This document shows, one piece after another, positions 1 through 17,399 of a DNA stretch of 64,000 nucleotides. Positions within the stretch are counted from its first letter, which is position 1; each line of letters opens with the position of its first letter. A program made the translations under genes and the position numbers. The notes under the pieces are model-generated. The model ran no database searches. It had not been told where the DNA came from and saw only the letters and a list, made by a program, of their open reading frames with translations. This DNA comes from the human T2T-CHM13v2.0 reference genome, Homo sapiens, in assembly GCF_009914755.1 (NCBI RefSeq), contig NC_060925.1; one strand, given 5' to 3'.

Positions 1-69
1 AAGAGTTCCATTTCTGGGTGTAAGTTCTTTGTAGAGAGCATTGATTCACACTAGTGACTGTTTTCACAG

Positions 70-1085
70 TTACATTTTGATAAAATTTCCAACTGACAGA
101 AAAGCTGCAAGAATAGTACAAAGAATTCCTGTTTACTCTTAACCCAAATGTTAATGTTAATATTTTACATTTGCTTTATCATCTTTCTTTCTCAGTATAT
201 GTGTATAATTTTGTTTAACTATTTGATCGTAAGTTGAGACGTAATGCCCTTTTACTTCTAAATACTTCAGAGTATATTTCTTATCTAGCCATGTCACAAT
301 TATCAAAATCAAAAAATTAACATTGGTTCAATACTGTCACCTTTTTTCCACAGACTTTATTCAGATTTCACTAATGTCCCATTAATGTCCTTTATAATAA
401 TAACACAAATCCCAGCTCAAGCATTGATTCCATTGTCATGTCTCTTTAGCTTCCTTTTATCTGAAACTGTTCCTCAGTCCTTCATGGCAGTGACATTTAA
501 ATCATACACATCACTTGTTTTATGAATGACCCACAATTTGGATTTGTCAGATGTTTGTGATTAGGTTACCTTTAAGCATGTTTTGAAGAATATCGCAGAG
601 TGATGTTCCTATCTTTCTAGTGCATCATATCAGGAGCTACTCATGTTGATTTGCCCTATTATTGGTGATGTCAACTTTAATCACTGTGTTAAGGTATTTT
701 CTGCCAGGTTTCTCCACTGTAAAATTACTATTTTCTCCTTTGTAATTAATACAAATTTGATGGGGAGCTAATTTGATAATATGGAACTATCCTATTATTT
801 CTCAAACTTTTACACATTAATGGTAGCATTTATCAGTGATTTCTGCCTGAGTTAATCACTATTATCATGGCTGCCAAATGGTCATTTCCCCCATTCCACT
901 GTCATTTGTTGTCAGCTTTCTACTATAAGGAAAACCTTTCCCTCCTCTCCTTTGATTTTATTTACTTACATATCAGTATCAATTCATTCTATTGATCATA
1001 ATTCATACATATAAATACAATGGATTATAATTTTGCTATCATTATTTATTTCAATGCTCAAATTTGAAACAGATTTAGCCATAAC
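70..1085 (-). mobile_element. Ancient L1 (L1MC/L1ME-type) 3' region, degraded
   Basis: T-rich antisense L1M 3'UTR-like motifs (gaaaagctgcaagaatagtacaaagaattcc; ggtgatgtcaactttaatcac...ctgccaggtttctccactgtaaa). Boundaries approximate. Confidence 0.65.
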
Positions 1086-2206
1086 GCAGTGATTTTTTTG
1101 AAATTCAGATTTCCGACTTTTATTGAAAAGTCAGTGCTCTGGCAAAACTGGGGCAATAATGCTTTGGATCAGAGTGACTGAGAGAACCTCAAAGAGGCCT
1201 GACTTCTCCAGTTTCCAAATTCCCCTCCGGGTTGAATTTACCCATTTACATTACCTAAGCTAGATTGATGCCTCTTATTCTATATGACAGAGATACCCTT
1301 CATAAATTGATGGAAATTATTTTTATTTTGGCTTTAATCTCACCAAAGGAAATTTCTAATTATGATTCCTGTATAGATAACTACACGAAGAACATGAGCT
1401 GACTATGAAGGTTGTTAGCTTCTCCCTTCTCCTGCTGTTTTCTTACAGTAAATTATTAAATTGGTATTTTGATATCTACTTAAGTTTTGTTTGGATTTTA
1501 GCTATTGCTACTTAGTCTCTCAAGACCCTTTTAGACATGGACATCAACTAGAGTATGTCGTGGGCCTTCAAAGGAAAGGCCAAGTTCCATAGCAGCTAGT
1601 CAAGATACTACCTGGCCTTCTCTGCTTTAGTCAGAATCTTGTTAGACCACTGGCACACTTTTATCCTCAAATGTTTACAGAGACTGAAGAGTAAATTACA
1701 AAGCAAGAGTAGTTGTTTGAGGAGGGAGGATGTTTATATGGTGGGTTAACATTGATAGAAAAGATGGTACAAATGGAAGCTGGTGACTTGTTACCTTAAG
1801 CAAACAACTTGCTTAGGAAAGAGAAGAGAAAACAAGGACATTAGAGAAGAGAATCACAGAAGACTGACTAGAAACAGTGAAATGATCAGAAAGGTCTGAT
1901 CAAAAAAGTGGAAGAGGAAAAAAAAAAAACACCTAAGGAGAGGGTAAGGTAAGTCCCAAGCAAACCACCTAGGTTTCTTATTGTGGTATAAGTTGTATCT
2001 AAATGGCTTATGGTTCAATGTTGTCTTTTCTTAATAGTCCAGTTTAGGGTAAGGAGGCTCTGAACTAATGATTAATGGGGATCTCCAGTAGAAAGTGTCA
2101 TAATATAACATGTTGTTATAATTCTGGTGTGATTTAGTAGTTAATCTATTGAATCAAATTGTCTTTTTGGAAGTGTAAATGAATACAATTACAATTAAAT
2201 CTATAA

Positions 2207-2501
<295 letters not shown>

Positions 2502-2512
2502 TAAATCTATAA

Positions 2513-2899
<387 letters not shown>

Positions 2900-3349
2900 T
2901 AATCTTTTATTGTTAAAGAAATAAGAAAGATTATAAACCTATGGAGCTATTAACTAGGATGTTAAAATTGACTTCTATATGTCTTGACCCTAAGATAATA
3001 TTATTAATGTGGAATTTGTAGCTTGCATGAAATATTACTAACTCATAGCTTTCCTCCATACACATTTTACAGTTATGGTTGCTCTAAGTAGTCAAAGTTG
3101 TCATTCATAGGGTGGAATAGCATAGCAAAAAAGAGAAAACAGAAAAACTCAAATTAGAGTAACAAAATTTTTTAAAATTATGAAATGACACACCTAAACC
3201 TTCACTAATATCCTAAAGTGAATAGACTAAATTGACTTTAAAGAGAAACAATAATTACTCTTCAAAGGAATCAGTTGTGAAAAAGAGTAAAATGTGGAGG
3301 AGAAGCCCCAAAAACACTGTGAAAAGGCACTGCTATAAGAGTTTGGAGC

Positions 3350-5765
3350 TCAGAGTTGCTATCCCCAGTTCTACACATTGAAATCACCTGGGAACTCTCC
3401 CTCTCCCTCTCCCTCTCCCTCCCCCTCCCCCTCCCCCTCCCCCTCTCCCCACGGTCTCCCTCTCCCTCTCCCCACGGTCTCCCTCTGATGCCGAGCTGAA
3501 GCTGGACGGTACTGCTGCCTGATTCTCCTGCCTCAGCCTGCCGACTGCCTGCGATTGCAGGCGCGCCGCCACGCCTGACTGGTTTTCGTATTTTTTTGGT
3601 GGAGACGGGGTTTCGCTGTGTTGGCTGGGCTGGTCTCCAGCTCCTAACCGCGAGTGATCCGCCAGCCTCGGCATCCTGAGGTGCCGGGATTGCAGACGGA
3701 GTCTCATTCACTCCGTGCTCAATGGTGCCCAGGCTGGAGTGCAGTGGCGTGATCTCGGCTCGCTACAACCTTCACCTCCCAGCAGCCTGCCTTGGCCTCC
3801 CAAAGTGCCGAGATTGCAGCCTCTGCCCGGCCGCCACCCCATCTGGGAAGTGAGGAGCGTCTCTGCCCGGCCGCCCATCATCTGGGATGTGAGGAACCCC
3901 TCTGCCTGGCTGCCCAGTCTGGAAAGTGAGGAGCGTCTCTGCCCGGCCGCCATCCCATCTAGGAAGTGAGGAGCGCCTCTTCCCAGCCGCCATCCCATCT
4001 GGGAAGTGAGGAGCGTCTCTGCCCGGCCGCCCATCGTCTGAGATGTGGGGAGCACCTCTGCCCTGCCGCCCCGTCCGGGATGTGAGGAGCGTCTCTGCCC
4101 AGCCACCCCGTCTGAGAAGTGAGGAGACCCTCTGCCTGGCAACCGCCCCGTCTGAGAAGTGAGGAGCCCCTCCGCCCGGCAACCGCCCCGTCTGAGAAGT
4201 GAGGAGCCCCTCCGCCCAGCAGCCACCCCGTCTGGGAAGTGAGGAGCGTCTCTGCCCAGCAGCCACCTCGTCCGGCAGGGAGGTGGGGGGGTCAGCCCCC
4301 TGCCCGGCCAGCCACCCCGTCCGGGAGGGAGGTGGGGGGGTCAGCCCCCCGCCCGGCCAGCCACCCCGTCCGGGAGGGAGGTGGGGGGGTCAGCCCCCCG
4401 CCCGGCCAGCCACCCCGTCCGGGAGGGAGGTGGGGGGGTCAGCCCCCCGCCCGGCCAGCCTCCCAGTCCGGGAGGGAGGTGGGGGGATCAGCCCCCCGCC
4501 CGGCCAGCCGCCCCGTCCGGGAGGTGAGGGGCGCCTCTGCCCGGCCGCCCCTACTGGGAAGTGAGGAGCCCCTCTGCCCGGCCAGCCGCTCCGTCCAGGA
4601 GGGAGGTGGGGGGGTCAGCCCCCCGCCCGGCCAGCCGCCCCGTCCGGGAGGGAGGTGGGAGGGTCAGCCCCCCACCTGGCCAGCCGCCCCGTCCGCGAGG
4701 TGAGGGGCGCCTCTGCCCGGCCGCCCCTACTGGGAAGTGAGGAGCCCCTCTGCCCGGCCAGCCGCCCCATTCGGGAGGGAGGTGGGGGGGGTCAGCCCCC
4801 CGCCCGGCCAGCCGCCCCATCTGGGAGGTGAGGGGCGCCTCTGCCTGGCCACCCCTACTGGGAAGTGGGGAGCCCCTCTGCCCGGCCAGCCGCCCCGTCC
4901 GGGAGGGAGGTGGGGGGGTCAGCCCCCCCACCGGCCAGCCGCCCCGTCCGGGAGGGAGGTGGGGGATCAGCCCCCCGCCCGGCCAGCCGCTCCGTCCGGG
5001 AGGGAGGTGGGGGGGTCAGCCCCCCGTCCGGCCAGCCGCCCGGTCCGGGAGGTGAGGGGAGCCTCTGCCCGGCCGCCCCTACTGGGAAGTGGGGAGCCCC
5101 TCTGCCCGGCCACCACCCCGTCTGGGAGGTGTACCCAACAGCTCATTGAGAACGGGCCATGATGACAATGGCGGTTTTGTGGAATGGAAAGGGGGGAAAG
5201 GTGGGGAAAGGATTGAGAGATTGGATGGTTGCCGTGTCTGTGTAGAGAGAGGTAGACGTGGGAGACTTTTCATTTTGTTCTGTACTAAGAAAAATTCTTC
5301 TGCCTTGGGATCCTGTTGATCTGTGACCTTACCCCCAACCCTGTGCTATCTGAAACATGCCCTGTATCCACTCAGGGTTGAATGGATTAAGGGCGGTGCA
5401 AGATGTGCTTTGTTAAACAGATGCTTGAAGGCAGCATGCTCCTTAAGAGTCATCACCACTCCCTAATCTCAAGTACCCAGGGACACAAACACTGCGGAAG
5501 GCCGCAGGGTCCTCTGCCTAGGAAAACCAGAGACCTTTGTTCACTTGTTTATCTGCTGACCTTCCCTCCACTATTGTCCTGTGACCCTGCCAAATCCCCC
5601 TCTGCGAGAAACACCCAAGAATGATCAATTAAAAAAAAAAAAAAAAGAAATCACCTGGGAACTTAAAAAAAAAAAAAAATTCCATGGCCTAGATTCCACC
5701 TCTGGGGAATCTAATCCAATCAATCTGGGGTGTGGTTGGGCCTCAGGCCTTTAAAAATCTCTTTG
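3350..5765. mobile_element. MER5-family hAT MITE split by the SVA (halves ~3350-3396 and ~5647-5765)
   Basis: ctacacattgaaatcacctgggaac joins to ...ggcctagattccacctctggggaatctaatccaatcaatctggggtgtg..., resembling the MER5A consensus. Confidence 0.6.
3397..5646 (+). mobile_element. Full-length SVA retrotransposon (probably SVA_D/E; subfamily tentative)
   Basis: CCCTCT hexamer head (~3397-3450), antisense Alu-like domain, GC-rich VNTR (~3830-5130), SINE-R (gtacccaacagctcattgagaac...cacccaagaatgatcaat), poly-A 5631-5646; perfect 17-bp TSD gaaatcacctgggaact at 3380-3396 and 5647-5663. Confidence 0.98.
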
Positions 5766-6344
5766 AAAGTCAAAGTCACTTAAACTCTTACTTTTAAAAG
5801 ATTAAGAATATGAGGAAATTTCAGGTTGAACAACTGGTCACCAGGTTTGGTTTATTTATAAAATGAAGTTGTTGGACAAGATTAGTAAAGGAACTGAAAG
5901 AAAAATGTCTAAGCACTGAGCATTTTCTGGTTTTAACTTGTGGTTTTTCTCTTGAACTATTTTCCGTTATCATATTAGGGCATAGAAAAATGTATCATTA
6001 GTTATGATTTTCTAACATGGTAATTATTTTTCTGAATATTTTGTCAGTAAAGACAGTGAGGCAGAATCCAATCATTTATCAATGATCCAAGTGATCTTTA
6101 AACATTCATAAGCCACTCAAACATGTTCAATATTGCCTTGTATATATACTAAGTGATAAAATAACAAAGGTATCTGTAAACATTGAACTATGTCATTTCG
6201 TATCATAATTCCCTAGAGCCTGATACTAAATGTATTTTAAGCCTTTAAGCAATGTGACCCAAGACTGACAAGCAGTATGTACTTAATACATTTTTAATAA
6301 ATGAATAAATAAAATAACAAATACTCTTAAAATTCAAAATTTTA

Positions 6345-6713
<369 letters not shown>

Positions 6714-7899
6714 GTTCCAAGTGGGTAGTATAATATCAAATAAATAATCCTGAAAATGATATACAGTTTATCTATTTAAAATATATAGAATAAAGATACA
6801 GTTAGAGTAAGATTATCCCTTTACCTGATTTTTATCAATTGTTGGTTATATAATTTACATTTTATTTTATTACATTCTTTCGGTACTTAAAAATAAAACA
6901 TCCATCTGGTATTCTAACAGACTTTAAAACAAAGTACTATCTATTGCGTTATTGTTGAGGTGGAAAAATTAGGAATCAAAAACTGATTAATAGGTAATTT
7001 AAATCAGTGTATCAAGAAGTTGGGCTGCCTGCTAGAAATAAGAAACTGACATCTGTTTTTCAAGATATAAAGCAGAGAAGTAGCATTGTACATGTAATAG
7101 AATATGATTGATTAAGCACTGTTTTCTTCTTTAGAAAGTGAGTCTACAATCAACAAGGTAAAACAATTCATCAACACCTGCCAAAAGTAACAACTATGCC
7201 AACAACATGCTAACTGGAATTCCTTATCTTTACTTTTACTCATTAATTACATATATTTGGAGCTCTACTAGATAAGAAGCTGTACTTCAGCAAGCAGAAC
7301 TATGATCCATTTACAGGGAGTGGTGTTGTGAGGAGAGCTGGACATTTAGGATCAAATATGAGAAATTAAACAGAAATGATGTGAAAGAAATCTCACCATA
7401 TAGACTAGCTAAACTTTTTCAAATATAGAACTTAGCTTAGTATTAAATACATTGAAAAACTAGTAATGATCCTAGCTAGGGGCTTTGAAACTTTTCATCC
7501 AATCATTTCCCCAAGATTTCCCTTAGTCTTCCCAAGTCTCCAGTTTGCCACATAATACAAGTTTGGTGTTTGAATTCTCAGTGCCATAACTAAGCCGCTT
7601 CATGGAGAGGGTTCAAAAGTCAAATCTCCCCTTTCATAAAGCTCACAATGCTAGCCTGCTACTACTAAACTCTTTAAAAAAAAGAAAAACAAAAACAAAA
7701 ACAAAAAACAAACTTTCCTGTAATAAATAATATTTATTATTATAAATATTTTTTAAAATAGGCAAAGGACCCAGGTTTTCCCCTTTCTCTGAACTCCCTG
7801 CATCCATCACTTCTCCTTGCCCTTGTAGCCTACAGGGTAAGAGAGATGATGGCTTCACCAGTTGCTCTTTAAAAAAACCTGATGCCTGTTACCTAAGAG

Positions 7900-8125
7900 G
7901 CCCTATGAGGTAGGAGACAGAATGGCTGGCTTTGGAACATGGAGATTAGGCTTGACTCTGACCTCTGCCTCTTGCTATCTTGCAGCTCATCCTCTTCATG
8001 TTTCTCTTCCTCCCAGGCAAAAAAAAAGTAGTATCATCCTTTCTACCAGGGTGCCATAGAGATTAAATAAGATAATATAAGCAGAGCACTTTAAATAAGA
8101 TGCTCAATAAGTGGTAGTGATGATG
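7900..8125 (+). mobile_element. MIR relic
   Basis: Core-like gagattaaataagataatatataagcagagcactt...gctcaataagtggtag; boundaries approximate. Confidence 0.5.
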
Positions 8126-8405
8126 AGTTATTTTAACTATTTAAACCTATGTTAATCTGTGTAAATACATTGCGGGAGAAAGGAAAGTGAAAGATGACAC
8201 CATCCAAAACCCCAAAGGTAGGCCTGCTCAAAGAGCTCTGATTGCAGTTCATCTCCACCCAGTTAGGGTGGAGGCTATGTCTGTTTCCTCCCTACAATCT
8301 GAAACATGTCCAGCATATAACTGTTGAATTCATTAATTTGAAAACCAATGACCTAATGAAAAAGTAAAAAGTATCTTACAGAGAAACTATAAAAATTAAA
8401 GTCCC

Positions 8406-8772
<367 letters not shown>

Positions 8773-9922
8773 TTAGCTTCATTTGTCTTAGTTTATCTGC
8801 TAGCTGGAATTAATAATGTTTGCATCTGCTTATCTGAGAGAACAGTCAGGAGAAGAAATGCAAGCATACCTGCCATAATACAAATGGAAACTGACAAATT
8901 ATAACGTATCTTACTTTCTTTCGATAGGGATATTATAAAGTAAAGTAGGTATAGTAATACTCACCTTTTATAGAGTTGCTTTGAGAATTAGAAATAATGC
9001 ATGTAAAACCTTTGCACAATGACTGACATAAAATAGGAGACCAAGAAATTATAGGTATTATTTTTATCATTATTATTACTGAGAGACTTTGGAGTAATTT
9101 CTGTCTTCTGTAAAAGCGATATGACAGAACAGCTGTGCAAATAATGTACAAGTTCCTTGAAACTGATAGAAAACGTTCACGTCTCAAGCTTCAGGAGTCC
9201 ACTGTGTTCTTGTTTGCTAAGTGAGAACACCGTGTACAATGGAAGTGAGTCAGTTCTGTCCAACCTTCCTTAGGATGTTATAAAATTTGGCATAATTTTA
9301 ATTAGTAGTAGTCATTGCTCTTTAAGCTCACAACAATGTATTTCATCAGAACTGCATGACAAAATAAATAGGATGTTTATTTTTATCACCACACCTGTAG
9401 TCATCAATGATATAGCAGTCAGCCTAAGAAACTAAGAAACTCCCAAAGCAAACAATATAAATATGTCTTTATAGGCTTATCATTTGGCCAGTCTAAACAT
9501 GTTACAAGTTTAAATGATCTTTTTAAAAGTTCCCTAGCTTTGCTATAGACATAAAGCATATTACACCTGTCTAACATGTTTTTATCATCATTAGTCTATT
9601 TTATCTTCATACTGACCATATGAGAGATTTAAGTAGATATTATGATCTCTATTCTACAAGCTGAAAAACTGAGATGCTATAACGTTAAGCAACTTCTGCA
9701 GGATCAGTGATTAAGACAGAACTATAATCCAGGTTTCTGGGTGTGGCTTCCTTCTACTGCATTTGGCTATTTTCAGGTATCTCCAATGCTCCAGGAAAAT
9801 AAAATGCCTCTAAACAATCCACCATTTTTCAAAAGTGACTACAAATAATACATCCAGACAGATATAATACAAATTATTCTAGAGAATTGATCTAATCTTG
9901 CTATTAACAATATATAAAATGA

Positions 9923-10325
<403 letters not shown>

Positions 10326-10878
10326 AAATAACTTGACATCTCAGAAGAGAAACTTCATAAATGCTAAAGATAAGAACTAACCCATGGGAAAACTGACCCC
10401 ATGTAAGTGTGAAGGCAACAGGAAGAGCTTCAGGCCAGAAATCTGGAAATCTGGATTCCAGGCTAATTCTGGCTCTAATTGTGTGTATGACTTTGGATAA
10501 ATTCCTTATCTCTGTAGTGTTCCAGTTTTATCATCTATAAAAGAGTTGGTCTAAATGTAGAATTTAATTGGCAGAATGTTGAAATTCTCAAATCTGCAAA
10601 TCAATAGTTGACTCCATGGTGGTATTCACTCCTTTAGTAATGATTTACTACCATAAACACTGATATGCATAAATATTAGCTAAAGCTAATAAAGTTTACA
10701 GTAGTGTTCTATATAGAAAAATATGTAAACTATTCTTGTGAATAAGCTGCAATAAAACATAGGGTTGCACCAGCAAGCATTTTAGAGCCTTCTGAAGGTT
10801 AGAATTAAAGAAATCTATTTATTGGGCTAACCAAAGTGTCCTTGTCACTGCAATTTTCTAATTTTAAGAATAAATAGG

Positions 10879-11191
<313 letters not shown>

Positions 11192-12728
11192 GATTTTCAT
11201 TTTCATGTTCAGTTCATCCTTTCGTTTCCAGACACTGAGGAGACGAAGACAAGCCAAGATCATCCTATGCCTGGAAGAGATCTCAGTTGTATGGAAATAA
11301 TCAGCCAATATGACCACCCACTTCTGGAAGAGCATCTCTAAGACAGAGGGGGTACTGTGTCTCTTCACTTTCCATACATAGTTCTCAATGTGTATTTTTT
11401 TAATTGATTACTTTTTCCCCTTGAAGGATTTCCTAAAATCTATTTAATTTTACCTGACCTATGTCCCAGAAATTGTCTTTTTTCCTACTGTAATTGCCAT
11501 TTAAAGTAATAAAAAATACTTGGGGAAAAAAGTTCATCTTTCTATAGCTTTATAAATATGGAGCAAATATATCTGTTCATTTGATGAATGTCCATTTAAA
11601 CCAGCATTGAGAGAAATGAATTATCATATTCCACAAAAGATCATTGAAAAAAGACCATTAAATGAATAATAGTGGATCCTTAATGTTGCCCTAGAGGAAG
11701 AAGAATAATTTCAGATGGCAGGAAAATAACTTTTATCTTTTGTTAAACATTCAAACAATTATTTTACCAACACATACCATTGCAGATAACCTCAAAAAGA
11801 GTAAAACAAATTTTCAGAATGCTATACTCCTATACTAAGGAGTGTTCCAGAGGCAACTGTGGTGTCTTTTAATTCAAAATTGTTCAGAGTATAGGTTAGC
11901 CTCTCATATGGTGAGTATATAACCTAGGTTTTCTATGACCAGCCTAATATAAACACTTCTGTCCCATTCTATAAATAAGTGAACTTCGGCTTGTCAGACC
12001 ATGATTTGGATATAATGTCATGATACCCACTGACCATATGGAAAATGCCTTCCCTTAGAAATACTCTAACCTCCTAGTACAGTAGCATAAAGAACTTATA
12101 CCAAAATATTATACTAATAATTCTTAATGATATTTCAACTTTTTTAGGACTATGAAAATCAGAAATGGTATTTTTAATTTGCGCAGTTGTCTTCCTTTTG
12201 ATGTTGGTTTGCTAGTCTCAAATGGCTTACAAATACGAAGTGAAGGTATCTCTATGCTATAGAATTTTACCAGGTGACTTTATACACTCCCCTGGTCTAA
12301 GCTACATCTCTGTGCAGATGACTCTTTAATCTATACTTTGTAGTCTACTTTTTCTTTGACCTGTCTTATGAACTCCAGACTTTTGTTTTCTCTTGCCTAA
12401 CTCCAGACCTATATTTTCAGTTGACTTATCCAACTGACATCCTAAATTCAACAAAATCATATTCTAATCATCAGACATAGATCCTTCTGAGTTATTTCCT
12501 TCCATACACTGAGTAGTCCATTGGTCACCAAATTAAGAAAAATGTTCATAACCTTCACAGCCCTTCAAACCAAATTGTTATGCAGTCACCACAGGAAAGT
12601 GGTTCAACACATGGATTTTGATGTCAGACAGAGCTGGGCTTTAATCACCATTTTGCCACTGCTGGTGTGAGAGTAGACTCGTTATTCAGTCTCTCTAAAT
12701 CTAAGTTTTGGACAGATAATGGGGATAA

Positions 12729-13055
<327 letters not shown>

Positions 13056-13066
13056 CTGTTTGAGAA

Positions 13067-13369
<303 letters not shown>

Positions 13370-13579
13370 CTATATGAGAATTTAAAAAGGTAATCCATGC
13401 TGAGAAATTAGCATAGTACCCAGGGTGCTCAGAGTAAGATCATCATCATCTCTCTCTTGTAGACAACTATAGTAAATAACTTTGATAGTCTCACTGCTTT
13501 CTCTTTTCTTCTCTTAGTCCCTCCTACAATCCACACTATTCCACAGTGAAGATCTAACTACAGTACTCTCTTAATTAAA

Positions 13580-14230
13580 AGCTTCCTGGTTGCCAAGGGA
13601 AAATTATAACTGTGTACTGGGGGAATGAGGCTGCTCTCACTGCAATCCAATGATCAGCCCTGGCACCACTAATCATGGTGAAATCTTACATGTCTTATCT
13701 CTTGAAGTGAAAAACAGGAAGTACCCAATATTGCATGTGTTATATTAAAGAAAAAAATGTTTTACTAGAATCTACTCAGGCTTATAGGTCTAATTCACAC
13801 TTGATATGAAATACAAAGAATGAAGTAAGAAGCTAAACAATACAAACAAACCAGAGAACCCAGAAGGTAAAACACGGGTATCTGCACTGGTCTATTTATA
13901 AAGTTAGTGACTGCCAAAAAATAAGCGGGAGGGAAGGAGCTAATCTAAGTTAAAACGGGTTCAAGGACCATAACAACAAATATAATAGTGGTCCTGGATT
14001 CGATCCTGATTTTGACAAAGCAACTATAAAGACATTTTGGGGACCGCTGAGATATTTTTAACATAGACTGAACAATAGACAATGTTAAAGAGTTGTCTAT
14101 ATTTAACAATTTGATAGTGTTATTTGTTTATATAGAAAAATGGTTTTTTTTAGAGATACAAACTAAATCATGGTAGGTAAAATTATGATATTGGCAACTT
14201 TAAAGTACTACAGAATTAAAAACAAAAAGT
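13580..14230 (+). mobile_element. Ancient L1MC/ME 3' fragment
   Basis: gtcctggattcgatcctgatt...ctataaagacattttggggac...acatagactg motifs typical of L1M 3' ends. Confidence 0.55.
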
Positions 14231-14294
14231 AAATTTTAAAAGCCTACAATTTGAGTACATTATCATCGTCCATAAAACAATGCCACTAAAATGG

Positions 14295-14550
14295 AAATAT
14301 AATGTGAGCCATATATGCGATTTAAATGTTCTAGCAACCACATTTTAAAAAAATAAAAAATCTGAAATTAATTTAATAATGTATTTTCTTTAGCATATCT
14401 AAAATATGGGCATTTTAACATATAATCAATATAAAACATTATTAGTGAGATGGTCGACATTCTTTTCTTTCTACTAAATCTTTAAAATTCAATGTGTATT
14501 TTATACATACAGCACTTCTCAATTTAAAGTAGCCATATGTAGTTAGTGTC
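14295..14550. mobile_element. MER33-like hAT-Charlie MITE
   Basis: gaaatataatgtgagccatatatgcgatttaaatgttctagcaaccacatt...gtgtattttatacatacagcac...gtagccatatgt. Confidence 0.7.
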
Positions 14551-15655
14551 TTTGGCACTGGGCTGTAACCTGACCTCAGAGCATGTTTCCAACCCTATCT
14601 CTGGCTCTACACACTGCTTCAGCCATTCCCTGACTTGACCAGTTTATCCACACCCACGTGCTTTGACATAAACCACATCCCTCAGATAGATTTAGCCCTC
14701 TGCTTTTCTCAATCTGAAGAACTTCAACTCACCTGGCACTAAAGATGCTCCTTTTATTGCATCTCATCACGGCACCTGCCATTTTTCAAGTATTTGTTGC
14801 CTTCCGACTCTGGCTAAATAGTGAGTTCTGTAATAGAGAGACTGTCATAATCATCTCTGTACTCCTAGCCATTTTTGAGGAATAAACTAGTGAATGAATC
14901 AATAAACAAATGAAGCATGCTACTAAAACACAGATGTAAAAACGTAACATTTTAGGTTTTCCCTTTTTCTCCCTATCTGAGGTTCTTTGTTCCTTCCAGT
15001 TCTTCATAGTTTTATTCCTATCTTATATAACCAGAGAAACATAGAATACAAGTATGTTTTGAATTAGAAATACCAAAATTAAGACATCAAATTAAAAGCA
15101 TTGGCTATAACAATGATCACTTACCGATGCTGAGGTGATTAAAGTGGCCACAAGAGTAAATAGTTTCTTGGAAAAAACGATATTTTTTCTCTTTTAATTT
15201 TGTTTTTACGTTTTAGAATACAAGAATAACTAGCAATTGGAGGTTTGAGAACCTGAGCAAGTGAATTAACTTAGGCCTTGGTATACTGAGGAGACCGTAG
15301 TGAACTAAAGAGGTTGAATTAAGGAATCATTACAATTTAGTTTAGCTTTAAATTTTTAAGGTTTCAGGATTTGTTTGTTTGTAACATATCCCCAAAGTAA
15401 ACTGATTTATAACCATTTTGTGAGGATAGATACTTGTTTCAGGATGTGGTAAAATGCTAGTTTTTTTCCAAAGGAAAAGAATATAGAATTGGTTCATTTA
15501 GAAAAATAATTTACAAATTTAACTTCATGGTTTTACTAATTCTGTAAGCTTATAATGTTTTTTGACATTCTGGAGTTAACCCAGCAAAGTAGCTTTTCTT
15601 ATGACTCTTCAAAGAAGATCTGGTGACTATTTGTGTTTAAATTTTAGATAACTAA

Positions 15656-15962
<307 letters not shown>

Positions 15963-16721
15963 AAATGTTGGCATTTCTATACACATATGTAAAATATTTA
16001 TGATTGCACTAAAAATTAATCATCATAATACTTTGCGGGCAGAGAGTGCAGGGACTGAGTGAAAACAATGTTGCTTTCAGGGCCAAAAGAAAGGCTTTCA
16101 ATTAAGCCAGGTGGGCTTGGGCTTGGCTGTAGAACCCTCCCACACCAAACAACATTCTAGAATTATCTCTGCCTTTAAAAATATGCAACATTCTAGGTTG
16201 TCATCATCCCTTTCTCTGTCTAAGCCCACTCCCATTTTTTGGTTAAGACTTGCCACCCGCTATATCATGAAACACTTCTGTGGAGTAAGCATGGCACCAT
16301 TCCTCTCCAAGATACATAGCTAAAGTCCAACATTGGGCTTCTAAGACAAGACAGCAAAGACTCCTCACATTTTTCCATTAGGCCTTTAAGAAACCAGGTA
16401 TCCAGTAAACAATGAATTAACATATTCTTATGAAAGATAGGCAATTAAAGGAAACTGTAAAATAAGTATTCTGTTTGTTTTTAAAGATTTTGTTACAGCT
16501 TCTTCATTTTGATCATTCTTCTCAAAAGCAGCTGTTAGTTCCACAGCTTCTCTGCTCTGGTAAGGTGAGAAGGGTTCAGATAAAATCTTATTAACACTGG
16601 TATGACAGGCCTGCAGCACATTACAGTCTGTTCCGATAATATATGATATCTGTATTCATTAAGAATCTCTTGCGAAAAAAATCATATATATTTATTTTTT
16701 GAAAAGGCAGCTAGAGTCTGG

Positions 16722-16900
16722 AACAGTGTTTCTCAATGTGTGGTTTGAGGTCCACTTGCATAAGATTATTTGAGGAACTCAGTAAAAAGGCAGATTCCTA
16801 AACTCTATCCCAGACCTATTGTATCCAAATCCTTAGGATGGAGCCTGAGAATCCTGGTTTTTATCAATTTTTTAAAAAAATAAATTGCATACTCAAAGCT
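16722..16900. mobile_element. MER5A-like MITE
   Basis: cagtgtttctcaa terminus; gcagattcctaaactctatcccagacct; gcatactcaaag. Confidence 0.6.
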
Positions 16901-17399
16901 GACAAAAACAAATCAAAATAATTTCACATTTGTCCTTTGATTCAAATACTCATGCTGGGCCGTTGGCCCTGACCTTGACTTATTACTTGTAGTACAGTCA
17001 CAACTGTCATCAGTAAACAGAAAAACAAAAGCGCTAACAAGATACCAGCTACTAAATAAAAAGATCTCATTTCCATGCTTTTATACATCAGCATTTAACT
17101 TTTTTTTCATCCTTGGGAGGTGTTGTTGCTAATAATCTTATAACAACCAGTTATGATCATTATAATGAAACATCTGAATTATTTTATTATGATGAATCCA
17201 GTTCCCGTAATGAATAAGCATGCTATAAAAGAAATGTTTGTATTTTATCCAGTTTCTATCAATAGACCACCAAATATCTGTATGTAACAACATAAATGTA
17301 TTCATACATTTCTAGATATTTAGATATGTCTAATATTACACAAATGGCTGAAATGTGTGGATTCCTACAAAAAAGGTCCACTTTTATTATTTATTTGAA

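Noticed and set aside
3830-5130. Repeat array resembling CRISPR
   Set aside because: SVA VNTR in a primate genome; no unique spacers or cas genes.
3271-5624. Many overlapping Pro/Gly/Arg-rich ORFs (64-172 aa)
   Set aside because: All lie in or start in the SVA; GC-rich VNTR sequence lacks stop codons, and SVA is non-autonomous.
11200-11356. Possible exon after a tttcgtttccag acceptor
   Set aside because: Only a weak donor (ggg|gtactg), and the overlapping ORF starts in the antisense AluY; insufficient support.
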